Assembly: GCF_003334255.1 (NCBI RefSeq)
Contig: NZ_QOWU01000012.1
From: Escherichia coli
GTDB lineage: Bacteria > Pseudomonadota > Gammaproteobacteria > Enterobacterales > Enterobacteriaceae
Direction: 5' to 3' (one strand)
DNA length: 64,000 nucleotides
Shown piece after piece: positions 1 through 11,997 of this stretch; position 1 is the stretch's first letter; every line of letters starts with the position of its first letter. The notes beneath the pieces are model-generated. The model was given only the letters and a program-made list of their open reading frames with translations. It had not been told where the DNA came from and made no database searches. The translations under genes were made by a program, and so were the position numbers.

Positions 1-1526
1 CGGTGGTTGATCATGTCGCCATATTTACGGATCGGCGAAGTCCAGGTGGCGTATGCTTCCAGACCGAGGCCAAAGTGAGGACCGGGTTCAGTGCTAATTT
101 CAGCAAATGACTGGAAGCGACGAATGCGGCTGTCGAGGAAACCAGTTGGTTGCGCGTCCAGTTCACGACGCAGTTTGCAGAAACCGTCCAGCGTGAGCAC
201 TTCTTCGGCATCGACATGCAGACCGTGCGTTTTCAGCAACGCTGCCAGCGCGTCGGCATTCGCCGGATCAAAGCCCATATGCACGTTATAGATGCCAAAA
301 CCGAGCTTATCGCGCAGTACGCGGGCCGCACAAATGTTAGCGGCAATCATCGCTTCTTCGACGATACGGTTGGCAATGCGACGAGGCTCGGCGACGATAT
401 CCAGCACTTCACCTTTTTCACCGAGAATAAAGCGGTAATCCGGGCGATCTTTAAACACCAGTGCGTGGTTATGACGCCACTCGCCGCGGCGTTGGCAAAT
501 TTGCGCTAGCAAACGGACTTGTTCGGCAATTGCTTCACTTTCAGGCTGCCAGTCACCGGTATTTTCCAGCCAGTCAGAAACCTGGTCATACACCAGCTTT
601 GCTTTGGATTCGATGGTGGCGGCAAAGAATTCGATATTATCTTCAATGGTGCCATCAGCGGAGAGCGTCATGCGGCATGCCAGTACCGGGCGGACTTCAT
701 TGGCGCGCAGTGAGCAGAGATCGTCAGAAAGCTCGCGAGGCAGCATAGGGATGTTGAAGCCAGGCAGATAGTTGGTGAATGCGCGAATTTTCGCGGCTTT
801 GTCCAGCTTGCTGCCTTCAGCAATCCACGCGGTTGGATCGGCAATCGCCACAATCAGCTGAAGTTTGTCATCCGGCAACGCCTTAGCGAAAAGGGCGTCA
901 TCCATATCTTCTGTGCTGGCACTGTCGATGGTGACAAAATCCAGCGCGGTCAGATCTTCACGAACCAGACCTTCATCGAGCATTTCGGTAGCGACGCCGT
1001 CTGGTGCTTCTTTTTCCAGATTATGGCGTGCAAGGGTAACCCACCACGGTACAAAGTGATCGTCACCAAAAGTGATGTATTGTGTCAGTTCTGCATAGAA
1101 AGAACGATCGCCTTTCAGCGGATGACGGCGCATTTCGGCAACCGCCCAGTCGCCTTCTTTAAACTCGTGGTTCAGGCCACGGGCTGCGCGGCAAGGAATG
1201 GCGTCTTTTAAGAGTGGATGATCAGGAACGATGGCCAGACGGTCATTTTTGCCCTGAACCTTACCCACGAAACGAGTCAGGAACGGTTCAACCAGTTCTT
1301 CTGGCTCTGCGGATTCACGTTCTTTTTCACTGTGGATCACCGCGATAATTCGGTCGCCATGCATGACTTTTTTCATCTGCGGCGGCGGAATGAAATAACT
1401 TTTTTGCGCGTCGACTTCCAGGAAGCCAAAGCCTTTTTCTGTGGCTTTTACCACCCCTTCAGCGCGTGGCGTCTGGGAATGCAGTTGCTGTTTAAGCTGC
1501 GCTAGCAGCGGGTTGTCCTGAAACAT
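1..1526 (-). CDS. rnb: Ribonuclease II, first ~508 codons; 3' end runs off the left window edge
   Basis: The minus-strand frame is open from ATG (1526-1524) to position 1. My translation begins [29 protein letters not shown], which I recognise as E. coli RNase II. It is not in the ORF track because no stop codon lies in the window. Confidence 0.92.
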
Positions 1527-1593
1527 AATTGTCTATTTTGGTGGCCATTAGAGCGGCTGACAGTTTTACGCGAATCTGTCTGACGCGGCAAGG

Positions 1594-2721
1594 TTAATAT
1601 GTCTCACCCAACGCGATTTTTAAGCGATTTATCCAGCCACACAGCCCGCTCCATACCAGCAGATTAATAATCTGCGTTGATGATTTTTCGTGTTCGAGTA
1701 AAGGGCTGAACTGGGCGGCGCTAAAGCGATCGGGTGCTCGGGTCAGCCATTGTATCGCCTGAACGGTAGCGCGCTCAACAGAATGACGGTCAGCCCATTG
1801 GTTAATTTCATTTTCGCCCTTGCGCATAAGGGTGCTGATTTTTTTATATTCATTTGATGAATCCATACAGGTGGCAAAACAAGCAGGACTGCCATTTATA
1901 CGCGCGCATAACAACGCCGCAAGCTGATTATCCGGCTGTGTATTGCCCCGTGTGCTGTTTAACAACTTTTCGAGAAGGGAAAGTGAAATAGGGTGGAGAG
2001 AGAGTATTTCGGCCAGTTGGCAAAGTTCTGCAGTTGAACTTTTTGTGTGCTCTTCAGGTAGTTTTTCCACCTCATAGCTGCTTCGCCAGCGTAATGATTC
2101 ATCAGCAAACAGTGACGCGTCGGCGTAGTTTTGTATCTCCAGCCCGGGTAACCAGCGTACCGGATGCCCGAGATAAGCCTGAAATGTCGCAATTGTCCGC
2201 GCCTGAAAGCCAATAAAACCAATGATTTGGCTAATGATCACACAGTCCCAGGCAGTAAGACCGACGTCATTCAGATGCTGGCGCGATCGGTTGTCGATAA
2301 TAGAAGGCGAGCTAGCCAGTTGGCGGGCATATTGCGTGATTTGTGCCAACCGATGATTACTTTCCCTGGTGGAATCAGGCCCGGGGAGCGGCGTAAGTCG
2401 CGCCGAATAGTAGTTACATAACCGCTGGACGCCGCAAACCTGAGCAACCGTCAGGGCCGTCGACAAGCGTTCATAAGCGGTGAAGGTCTGTGAACGGGTC
2501 ACGGTAAGCTGGTCAGGGAACAAATCCACTGCAAGAACACGCGCAGGGTCCAGCCATGAAAGGAAGGGGGCCAGCGTTTCTTTTTCAAGGATCACGTCGA
2601 GTAGAAAGGGATCGCTGACCTTTGCGGCTTCCGGGACCAGAGGCAGAACGTCATACTCCGTAGTACTGGATTGCGTTTCATGATACCAGTGGCTTTTGCC
2701 GGTGATGTGGCGTTGTTCCAT
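1594..2721 (-). CDS. yciW: CMD/AhpD-like domain protein YciW
   Basis: ORF track 1594..2799. The internal ATG at 2721 ([15 protein letters not shown]) has AAGGAG 5 nt upstream and gives 375 aa, the K-12 length as I recall it. Confidence 0.85.
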
Positions 2722-2826
2722 GGGCGCTCCTTGGTCGTAAAGGAAATCGTTATCCTGACGCAAGGCGGGAAGGGGAGAAAGACGGATCGGCGATAACAAA
2801 TATCAGAAAGGTATAACAGAGATAAC

Positions 2827-2845
2827 GGGCGGCAGAACGCCGCCC
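2827..2845 (-). terminator. Stem-loop downstream of fabI (GGGCGGC / GCCGCCC, 5-nt loop)
   Basis: Perfect 7-bp GC stem about 20 nt after the fabI stop. The trailing sequence on the minus strand is only partly T-rich. Confidence 0.5.
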
Positions 2846-2864
2846 ATCTTTACCAACAGAACGA

Positions 2865-3653
2865 TTATTTCAGTTCGAGTTCGTTCATTGCAGCAATGCT
2901 GAAACCGCCGTCAACGTGGACCACTTCACCGGAGATACCGGCAGAGAGATCGGAGCACAGGAATGCCGCAGAGTTACCCACATCTTCAATAGTAACGGTA
3001 CGGCGAATCGGGGTAACGGCTTCGCAATGAGCCAGCATTTTGCGGAAGTCTTTGATACCGGAGGCCGCCAGAGTACGGATCGGACCAGCAGAGATGGCGT
3101 TAACACGCACACCTTCCGGACCCATCGCGTTCGCCATATAGCGCACGTTCGCTTCCAGAGACGCTTTTGCCAGACCCATAACGTTGTAGTTCGGGATAGC
3201 GCGCTCAGCGCCAAGGTAGGAAAGGGTCAGCAGGGCAGAACCCGGATTCAGCATGGAGCGGCAAGCTTTTGCCATTGCAACGAAGCTGTAGGAGCTGATG
3301 TCGTGGGCAATTTTGAAGCCTTCACGGGTAACGGCGTTAACATAGTCACCATCCAGCTGATCGCCAGGTGCAAAACCAATAGAGTGTACGAAACCGTCAA
3401 ATTTCGGCCAAACTTTCCCCAGTTCAGCGAACATGGTGTCGATGCTGGCATCTTCTGCAACATCGCACTGCAGAACGATGTCAGAACCCAATTGAGCGGC
3501 AAATTCTTCTACGCGGCCTTTCAGTTTGTCGTTCTGGTAGGTGAATGCCAGTTCAGCTCCTTCGCGGTGCATCGCCTGAGCGATACCGTAGGCGATGGAT
3601 AGTTTGCTGGCAACACCGGTTACCAGAATGCGCTTACCGGAAAGAAAACCCAT
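2865..3653 (-). CDS. fabI: Enoyl-[acyl-carrier-protein] reductase (NADH)
   Basis: 262-aa ORF starting [40 protein letters not shown], recognised as FabI (SDR fold). Confidence 0.97.
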
Positions 3654-3816
3654 AGCTTTAATCCTTATTGTTGATGCTTGTTGTGCCTGAAAATCAGGCG
3701 ATTCGTCGTTTTAGTAAACAGTACGAACAGATAAACGGTTATTATAATCAACCTGGCTGTGAGTAGCTATAGTTGCCAGGTCCGACCGGAGCAGGCTGCG
3801 GCAGGGGGGGCGCTTT

Positions 3817-3858
3817 TCCCCTCACCCTAACCCTCTCCCCAGAGGGGCGAGGGGACCG
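3817..3858. repeat. GC-rich imperfect palindromic repeat (CCCTCTCCCC-AGA-GGGGCGAGGGG core)
   Basis: Inverted repeat read directly at 3831-3854. It resembles a recurrent E. coli intergenic palindromic repeat family, but I cannot name the family with confidence. Confidence 0.55.
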
Positions 3859-4268
3859 TATTGTGCAAATATTGTTACCCCAGCAACAAACAGGCTCATA
3901 CAGCCCCTAACCCTTTCATGGCGATGGCTGGGACGGTTCAGACCTTGCCGAATATTCTCCAGCACCGTCTCCTCATTACAATCAATCTCGTTATTCCAGA
4001 AACGCAGCACGGTCCAGCCCTGCGACTCAAGCCAGCTAGTGCGCCTGGAATCATAGGCAACTGCTAAATCATGCTGCCCACCATCCAGCTCAACGACTAC
4101 ACGCGCCGAGCAGCAAGCAAAATCGAGAATGTAGCTCCCCACTGGATGTTGACGGCGAAATTTGAAATCACTAAAACGTCGGCTGCGAAGATATCGCCAG
4201 AGCTTTCGTTCCTGCAAAGTGAGATTGCGTCTTAAATCACGCGCATTTGATTTAATTTTATCTATCAC
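3822..4268 (-). CDS. ycjD: DUF559 (Vsr-like endonuclease fold) protein
   Basis: 148-codon ORF with a GTG start at 4268, beginning (M)IDKIKSNARDLRRNLTLQERKLWRYLRSRRF, recognised as YcjD. The C-terminal ~30 codons run into the repeat at 3817-3858, so the true stop is uncertain. Confidence 0.8.
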   Translation of the reverse strand: MIDKIKSNARDLRRNLTLQERKLWRYLRSRRFSDFKFRRQHPVGSYILDFACCSARVVVELDGGQHDLAVAYDSRRTSWLESQGWTVLRFWNNEIDCNEETVLENIRQGLNRPSHRHERVRGCMSLFVAGVTIFAQYGPLAPLGRGLG

Positions 4269-4306
4269 CTCATTCTGACAAGATTTAATCTTTTGTCAGA
4301 ATGAGG
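4268..4306 (-). terminator. 14-bp perfect stem-loop between the sapF stop and the ycjD start
   Basis: CCTCATTCTGACAA (4268-4281) pairs with TTGTCAGAATGAGG (4293-4306). There is no clear U tract, so this is a candidate sap operon terminator or RNA stabiliser. Confidence 0.5.
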
Positions 4307-4335
4307 TGAATAATCTGGAAGGAGGATTCAGAAAA

Positions 4336-5142
4336 TTAGCGATCTTTACGCCACGCATCCGCCGTCAATGCCTCGCCAAAATGACCGGCAATCAGCCGTT
4401 TGGTGAGTTCATGCAGCGGCGATGCCAGCACATCCGCGGTGCTGCCTCGCTCGACAACCTCGCCCTGATGCATCACCAGCACCTGGTCGCTAATGTGCTT
4501 CATCATTCCGATATGCTGGGTAACATAAATATACGAAATGCCCTGTTTTTCCTGTAATTCCAGCATCAGATTAATCAACTGCGAACGCATCGACATATCC
4601 AGTGAAGCGAGGGCTTCATCGGCAATAATGACTTTTGGGCGCAATATCAGCGCGCGCGCCAGACCCAGACGCTGTTTTTGTCCGGGTGCCAACATATGCG
4701 GATAGTAACTGACGTGATCCGGTAGCAGCCCAACCATACGCATCGTTTCAATAATCTGTTTGCGACGCTGTTCCGGTTCCAGGTCGGTGTTCAGGCGCAG
4801 TGGAAAATCCAGAATTTGCGAGATACGTTGACGGGGATTCAACGAGGTCGAAGGATCCTGAAAAATCATGCGAATACGCTGACTGCGGAAGGAATAATCG
4901 CCAAAATGCAGTGGATGATCGTCAATCAATAACTCGCCGCTGGTAGGCTCTATCATTCCCGCCAGCATTTTTGCCAGCGTGGATTTACCCGAACCATTCT
5001 CGCCAATAATCGCCAGTGTCTGGCCTTCACGTAGCGTAAAGCTCAAGGGTTTTACCGCTTCTACGGTCTGACGACGAAACCAGCCGGTCCGGTAGCGGAA
5101 CGTTTTACTTAAATTACGCACTTCAAGCAGCGTTTCGATCAT
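4336..5142 (-). CDS. sapF: ABC transporter ATP-binding protein SapF
   Basis: 268-aa ORF with Walker A GENGSGKST and Walker B IIADEALASLD, recognised as SapF. Confidence 0.95.
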   Translation of the reverse strand: MIETLLEVRNLSKTFRYRTGWFRRQTVEAVKPLSFTLREGQTLAIIGENGSGKSTLAKMLAGMIEPTSGELLIDDHPLHFGDYSFRSQRIRMIFQDPSTSLNPRQRISQILDFPLRLNTDLEPEQRRKQIIETMRMVGLLPDHVSYYPHMLAPGQKQRLGLARALILRPKVIIADEALASLDMSMRSQLINLMLELQEKQGISYIYVTQHIGMMKHISDQVLVMHQGEVVERGSTADVLASPLHELTKRLIAGHFGEALTADAWRKDR

Positions 5143-5143
5143 C

Positions 5144-6136
5144 TCACTCTTTCTCCATGTTCAGCGGGAAATGACAGGCATAGAGATGATTTTTCGCCCC
5201 CGTCAAACGTGGCGTCACAATGCATTCTCGTTGTGCATACGGGCAACGTGGCCCCAGACGACAACCAATCGGTAACTGTTCCAGCAGTGGGATAGCGCCG
5301 GGCAGCGTATTGAGGCGACTTTTATGCGGCATCGCGCTGCCGAAGTCTGGTATCGCGCGGATCAGCGCCTGGGTATAAGGATGATGTGGCATCGTCACCA
5401 ACTCCTTACTCGGCGCGGTTTCCACTGTTTGACCGCAGTAAAGCACGTTAATTTTATCCGCCCATTGGCTAAGCATTTGTAAGTCATGGCTGATAAGCAA
5501 AATAGTGGTATTGCTGTTTTGGTTGAGACGCGTCAGCAGGCGAAAGATTTGCGCCTGGGTTGTTGGCTCCATTGAGTTGGTCGGTTCGTCAGCAATCAGC
5601 AGACGCGGTTGATTCGCCAGTGCAATGGCTATCATCACTTTCTGACATTCACCTTCGGTCAACTCATAGGGAAAACTGCGCATCGCATCTTTGTGATCTT
5701 TAATCCCCACGCGGTGCAGCAGTTCAATGGCACGGCGTTTGCGCCAGCCAAAACGCTGCCACCAACGGCCTTTATAGGTCCAGGCTGGGATGTTTTGCAT
5801 CAACTGGCGGCCCACACGTTCTGAAGGGTCAAGACACGACTGCGGTTCCTGGAAAATCATCGACACGTTATGGCCAACCAGTTTGCGCCGTTCGCGTGCG
5901 GAGAGACGCAGCAAATCGATATCATCAAAACGCATACGGTCAGCAGTAACACGCCAGTTATCTTTATTCACCCCACAAATCGCTTTCGCAATCAAACTCT
6001 TGCCGGAACCGGATTCACCAACAAGACCGCGGATTTCACCTTCGGTTAAGGTCATACTTACCCGGTCGACGGCTTTAACCCACTCATCACCGGTTTTAAA
6101 TTCAATGGTCAGGTTACGAATATCGAGTAATGGCAT
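5144..6136 (-). CDS. sapD: ABC transporter ATP-binding protein SapD
   Basis: 330-aa ORF with Walker A GESGSGKS and Walker B LLIADEPT, recognised as SapD. It lies 1 nt from sapF. Confidence 0.95.
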
Positions 6137-7026
6137 TATTCCACCCCCGCAATAATCGCACGACGAACGCCATCGCCAAGGAGGTTAACCAACAACACGC
6201 TAATCATAATTGCCGCACCTGGCAGCATGACAGTCCACGGGGCGACATAAATCAGTTCCAGCGCATCACCGAGCATCGCTCCCCATTCAGGCGAGGGGAG
6301 TTGTGCGCCGAGATCGAGAAAGCCCAGCGCGGCGATATCGAGAATTGCCATCGACAGTGCGCGGGTGATCTCGGTGACCAGCCCGGCGGTGATGTTTGGC
6401 ATCACAGCAAACCAGAGAATATTCAGCGTTGATGCGCCATCCAGACGGGCGGCGATAACGTACTCTTTTTCCAGTTCGTCATGCACCATGCTGTAAATCG
6501 AACGTACCATACGCGGCAGCAATGCCAGCCAGACAGCAAACATAGCGTGGGACAAACTCGGTCCGGCAAACGCTACAACGATAATTGCCAACAGCAGCGA
6601 AGGGATCGCCAGTAAGGTATCCAGAATATGGTTAAGCACCGCTGAGCGGAGGCCGTGTGTCGCCCCGGCGAAGGTGCCCAGTACCAGGCCACAGATCGTC
6701 GCGGCAAGCGTCACCACAAATGCGCCACCCACGGTTGGCGCAGCTCCGCTCAGTAAACGGCTTAAAACATCGCGTCCGAGGTCGTCAGTCCCCAGGAAGA
6801 AAGAAACTTCGCCATAGCGCGACCATGACGGCGGCAATAATTGATAACCGAGAAATTGCTGGTCGATGCCGTAAGGCGCAAACCAGCCGCCAAAAATACA
6901 CAGTACAGCCAGCCCCGCGCAGCCGTACAGGCCGACCATCGCAGAGGCGTCACTATAAAATTTGCGCCAGGCGGTACGCAGCGTGCCCGGCGGGCGCTTT
7001 TCGCTGTATACGCTATCGTAAGGCAT
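6136..7026 (-). CDS. sapC: ABC transporter permease SapC (OppC/DppC-like)
   Basis: 296-aa hydrophobic ORF. Its stop shares 1 nt with the sapD start codon. Recognised as SapC. Confidence 0.94.
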
Positions 7027-7978
7027 ACCATTCCTTATGTTTCAGAGGGTTAGCCATGGCACCCAAAATATCAGAAATCACGTTAACAATAATGACCAGT
7101 GAGCCACACACCATCACTCCGGCGGAAATGGCTGCGTAATCCTGCTGGCGGATGGCGTTAATTAACCAGCGCCCTAAACCCGGCCAGCTAAAAACCATTT
7201 CGGTGATCATCGCCAGCGTCAGCATGGTGGAAAACTGTAAGCCCAGGCGAGGAATAACCGGCGGTAACGCGTTATGCAGAACGTGGCGACGCAAAATAGT
7301 AAAGCGCGACAAACCGCGGGTCGCCGCCGCTTTTACATAGTTCTGGTCATACACTTCGATAGTGCTGATACGCATCAGGCGGATCACTTCAGTTGTTGGC
7401 GCAACCGACAGGGTGATCACGGGCAATATCATATGGCGGATTGCGCTCATGATCATTTCATCCCGCCATGGTGAGTCCGAAAGCCAGGCATCAATCAACG
7501 CAAAACCGGTAATCGGTTTCACTTCGTAGAGCAGATCGAAACGCCCTGAAACGGGCAACCAACCTAGCGTGAGTGAACAAAACAGCGTCAACAGAAGCGC
7601 CAGCCAGAACACCGGGATTGAAAAGCCCAGTAAGGCGATGGCGTTGATCAAGTTATCCTGCCACTTATGGCGCGTAATCCCGGCAATCATCCCCACGGGG
7701 ATGCCAACAATCAGCGCAAAACCGAAGGCGAGGATGCACAGTTCCATCGTCGCCGGGAAGACCTCTTTTAACTGTTCGGCAATCGGTTGACCGTTAATGC
7801 TGGAAACACCAAAATCCCAGTGGATCAGGCCGTTAAACCAGAACACCCAGGCATTCCACAGTGACGCGCCTTGTAACGGCGCATGAGGGGTGAAATAGCT
7901 CAAGCTGAAGCCAACGAAGGTCAGCAGGAACAAGGTGACAATCAATAACAAAATGCGGCGTAAGGTGAAGATAATCAT
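7013..7978 (-). CDS. sapB: ABC transporter permease SapB (OppB/DppB-like)
   Basis: 321-aa hydrophobic ORF overlapping the sapC start by 14 nt. Recognised as SapB. Confidence 0.94.
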
Positions 7979-9618
7979 GGTTTTTTCACCTCATCCTGTT
8001 TCTCGCGATACACCCCAGCAAAGGAGGCGTTACCAAACGGGCTAAGTACCAGACCTTTGATATCGTACCGATAGGCCTGCAAACGCAATGACGACGCCAG
8101 CGGCAAAATGGGCAATTCCTGCGCCAGAATACTCTGCGCTTCGTCATAGGCTTCAATACGCGCCGCCAGCTGCTGCGAAGAGAGCGCCTTACGCAATACG
8201 CTGTCGAATTTCGGATCGCACCAGTGGGCGAGGTTGGTCTGCGAATGAATTGCCGCGCAGCTCAGTAACGGACGGAAGAAACTGTCCGGGTCGTTACTGT
8301 CCGTCGCCCAACCGGATAACGTCAGATCATGGCTCATATCCATCAACCGCGCCTCCTGAAAGCGACCTTCTACCGGCACAATCACCACTTTTACGCCAAC
8401 CTGCGCCATATCCGCCTGAATCAGTTCGGCAGTTTTCAGTGGACTGGGGTTCCACGCCTGCGAACGTGTGGGCACCCACAGTTTCAGCGTTAAATTTTCC
8501 AGCCCCAACGACTTCAACTGTTCGCGCGATTTCGCCGGATTGTATTCAGTAATTTTAGCCTCGTTGTCATAGGCCCACGAGGCGCGCGGTAAAATAGAGG
8601 CCGCCGTTTCAGCCGTACCATAATAGATGGATTGCATCAGGCGCTGGTTATTAATCGCCAGTGCCAGCGCATGGCGGACAGCGGGATTATTTAGCGGCGG
8701 TTTGGCGGTGTTAAATGCCAGATAGGCGACGTTCATCCCAGGACGCAGCGTTAAACGCAAGCGCGGGTCGTCACGCAAAATGGATAGCTGGCTGGCAGCA
8801 GGCCAGGCCAGAACGTCGCATTCCCCGGTCAGGAGTTTCGACAGACGTCCGGTGCCGCCGGAGCCTAAATCCACCACTACCTGCGGCATTAACGGTTTAC
8901 CGCGCCAGAAGTCATCATGACGTTGTAGGCGAATAAATTGCCCGGCGCGGTATTCCGACAACTGATACGGACCGGTGCCGACCGGTTGACGGTCGAGTTG
9001 CTCCTGGCGATCTTCTTTCTCTAACTTCCGGGCATATTCTGCCGACATGACCGAAGCATAATGGGTTGCGAGGTGCCACAAAAAAGAAGCATCCGGCTGG
9101 GCGAGTCGGAACTCAACGGTATGATTATCCAGTTTGCGGACGCTTTTCACGTTATCGGCAAATTGCAGGCTGTCGAAGTAGGGGAAGTTGCTGCCGTTGA
9201 CGTTATGCCACGGGTTGTTGCGGTCAAAAATTCGCTGGAAGGTAAACACCACATCGTCGGCATTCATTTTACGAGTGGGAGTAAACCAGTCGGTTTTTTG
9301 AAACGGAACATCGCGACGCAGGTGGAAGCGATAGGTCGCGCCGTTGTCGAGTACTTCCCAGCTTTCGGCAAGTTCCGGCATCAGGCGATAGGTATAGGGA
9401 TCGACATCCAGCAGTCGATCATAAAACTGGGCGGCAAGGGTATCGACAATTAACCCACTGCTCGCTTTGGATGGGTTAAAGGTGTTGACTTGCCCGCTGA
9501 CGCAATAGACAAAACCGCTGTCGCGGATATCAGCATGCGGGGGAGATTCAGGCGCGGCGATTGCCTGACCACTCACAAGTCCAGCAATCACCAAAAGAGA
9601 CGATAATACCTGGCGCAT
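7975..9618 (-). CDS. sapA: Periplasmic family-5 substrate-binding protein SapA
   Basis: 547-aa ORF with signal peptide [21 protein letters not shown] and a 4-nt overlap with sapB. Recognised as SapA. Confidence 0.95.
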   Translation of the reverse strand: MRQVLSSLLVIAGLVSGQAIAAPESPPHADIRDSGFVYCVSGQVNTFNPSKASSGLIVDTLAAQFYDRLLDVDPYTYRLMPELAESWEVLDNGATYRFHLRRDVPFQKTDWFTPTRKMNADDVVFTFQRIFDRNNPWHNVNGSNFPYFDSLQFADNVKSVRKLDNHTVEFRLAQPDASFLWHLATHYASVMSAEYARKLEKEDRQEQLDRQPVGTGPYQLSEYRAGQFIRLQRHDDFWRGKPLMPQVVVDLGSGGTGRLSKLLTGECDVLAWPAASQLSILRDDPRLRLTLRPGMNVAYLAFNTAKPPLNNPAVRHALALAINNQRLMQSIYYGTAETAASILPRASWAYDNEAKITEYNPAKSREQLKSLGLENLTLKLWVPTRSQAWNPSPLKTAELIQADMAQVGVKVVIVPVEGRFQEARLMDMSHDLTLSGWATDSNDPDSFFRPLLSCAAIHSQTNLAHWCDPKFDSVLRKALSSQQLAARIEAYDEAQSILAQELPILPLASSLRLQAYRYDIKGLVLSPFGNASFAGVYREKQDEVKKP

Positions 9619-9866
9619 AATATTAAGGGATTTTATGTAAAGAGGCTATCTTACTAATATTTAATGACATTTGCCATTACCGTTTGTGTTCAGGGGTCGT
9701 AATGAGGGCCGTGTGGTTGGTCGTTGAACAGGTGACGTCGCCATCTGTTCAACATTCGTACCCGTGATTTCTCTATAACTATAACTCACAGAACAACTTA
9801 GCGAGGAGCAGAGCGGTACGATCGTGAGAAACCCATTAAAGCACGCTGCAGTGCGTGTCATTGTTA

Positions 9867-9897
9867 GCCAGATGCGGCGTGAACGCTTTATCCGGAC
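9867..9897. repeat. REP element
   Basis: GCCAGATGCGGCGTGAACGCTTTATCCGGAC matches the REP pattern GCC(G/T)GATGCG...CTTATCCGG. Confidence 0.75.
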
Positions 9898-9930
9898 AAC
9901 GATACTGACCGATCGTCTGCAATTAAATCA

Positions 9931-10176
9931 TTACTCATTACCCCATTGATTCAAAAACTCTGCGATCTCATCAATGCGTACGGGATTAATCCCCGCTTCA
10001 GCAGCCATTTCATGTTGGGCTTCTTCGCTGATCTCTTCATTGTTCATCAAACGGGTGAGCAGTAACTGGAAGTAGTGGGCCAGCGGTGTGCGTTCAGCCT
10101 CTGCGACAGGCTCTGCGCATTCGGTCGCGTACTCATCGGCAATATCAAAATATTTTAGCGGGATATCGTGGTTCAT
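9931..10176 (-). CDS. ymjA: Small acidic protein YmjA
   Basis: 81-aa ORF starting [39 protein letters not shown], recognised as YmjA. Confidence 0.88.
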
Positions 10177-10309
10177 TATTTGCCCCTGGGGTTAATGCGC
10201 TAAGCATAAGGGCGGATGATAGCACTCGTGATCCGGGTCATACATCTTTTTATAGTTAATGGCGCGGCGCGTTACCCTCAGGCAGGATAATGCGCCGCGC
10301 ATCCGACTA

Positions 10310-11695
10310 TTACGTTTCACTCACCGGCGTTCTGTCACCATCATACAACGGCACTTTGCGATAGCGGCGGATCAGATACCATAAATATGCGCCGCCTAAC
10401 GAAGCCCATACCAGACCGAGTGTCAGTGACGTTGACTCGAGGTTAACCCACAGCACACCCACCGTCAGCGCGCCAACCAGCGGCATCAGCAAATAGTGGA
10501 AGTGATCCTTCCAGCTTTTATTCATTCCTTTACGCCGCCAGAAATGATTAAACACCGACAGATTCACGAAGGTAAACGCCACCAGAGCACCGAAGTTAAT
10601 TAACGCTGTGGCGGTAACTAAATCGAAGAACAGCGCCGACAACGCGACAATCCCGACCATAATGACGTTGAGTGCCGGAGTCCGCCATTTTGGGTGCACA
10701 TAGCCAAACACCCGCTCCGGAAACACATTGTCACGCCCCATCACATACAGCAGACGCGACACGCTGGCATGTGAAGCCAGGCCAGAGGCTAACGTGTTCA
10801 CAAACGTGGTGCAGAGGAAAATCGACTGGAAGAGCTTGCCGCCGACGTACAGCGCAATTTCAGGCAGTGCGGCATCCGGATCTTTAAAGCGGCTGATATC
10901 GGGAAAGAACAGCTGCATAAAGAACGACGCCGCGATAAAGATAACGCCACCGTAGACCGCCGTCAGGAAGATGGCTTTCGGGATCACGCGTGCGGCGTCC
11001 GGCGTCTCTTCCGAAAGCGTGGTCACCGCATCGAAACCGAGGAAGGAGAAACAGACAATCGTCGCCCCGGTAATAATCGGGATCAGGTGCGCGTTCTCGC
11101 TGATAAACGGCTGAAGTGACCAGACGGTGCCAACGCCTTCTCCTTTATGCAGTCCCTGAACTACCAGGAAGATAAACACCACCATGATGGAGATTTGCAC
11201 CAGTACAAACAGGGTATTGAAGTTAGCGACCAGGTTGACGCTCTTCAGATTCGCGGCGGTTAAAATGGCGACGAAGGTTACCACCCACACCCACGGCGGC
11301 ACTTCCGGGAAGAGGGCGGAGAGATAGATTTTCGCCAACAAGACGTTAATCATCGGCAAAAAGAGATAATCCAGCAGCGATGACCAGCCGACCATAAATC
11401 CGACGTGCGGGTTAATCGACTTTTGCGCGTAGGTATAGGCCGAACCGGCCTCCGGAAACTGGCGAACCAGTTTGCCGTAGCTGATAGCGGTAAACAGCAC
11501 ACCCGCCAGCGCCAGCAAATAGGACGCCGGAACGTGACCGTCGCTAATGCCGGAGACAATACCAAAAGTATCAAATACGGTCATCGGCGTGAGATAGGCC
11601 AGACCCATCATCACCACCTGCCACAATTTCAGTGATTTTCGCAGACGGGTTTTGCCGGGTTGCGCAGCAATATTCAGTGGTGAATTAATAGCCAT
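10310..11695 (-). CDS. puuP: Putrescine importer (APC family)
   Basis: ORF track 10310..11749. The ATG at 11695 ([26 protein letters not shown]) has GGAGG 8 nt upstream and gives 461 aa. The protein is a multi-TM APC permease. Confidence 0.92.
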
Positions 11696-11983
11696 AATTG
11701 CTGCCTCCCCTGCGTAATAAGGTTTGCGGTCGTGTCGACCTGAAATCAAACCTGTTTAGCAAGGGAAGCAAAGGGGGCGGAGTCCAGTCAGTAGCAGGAG
11801 GGGCGCATACGCAGCCTCCCTCGCCATGCGGGGATTTAATCATCGGCATCATCTCATTTCCTCGTCACAGTCTTAATCGTTAACGGAAGCCCGTTGCCGC
11901 CCGCGCTCCATAACGCGACATCCGGGAAATGTCTGGATTACCAGCAAATGTCAGGCCTGGCTCCGCTCAGGCCGATGAAACAA

Positions 11984-11995
11984 CCCCGCAAGGGG
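11984..11995 (-). terminator. Short CCCC/GGGG hairpin directly after the puuA stop
   Basis: On the minus strand: TAA-TACCCCTTGCGGGGTTGTTTCAT. The stem is only 4 bp, so at best this is a weak attenuator inside the puuA-puuP transcript. Confidence 0.3.
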
Positions 11996-11997
11996 TA

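Noticed and set aside
2916-3602. 228-codon plus-strand ORF opposite fabI
   Set aside because: It lies entirely antisense to a confidently identified gene, and its Arg/Gly/His-rich composition is typical of shadow frames. No start signals are present.
9661-9861. 66-codon minus-strand ORF in the sapA upstream region, plus a 9-bp inverted repeat at 9723-9753
   Set aside because: The ORF has no SD, and its sequence is low-complexity. It is probably sapA promoter or 5' UTR DNA. The inverted repeat has no U tract and no recognisable operator pattern.
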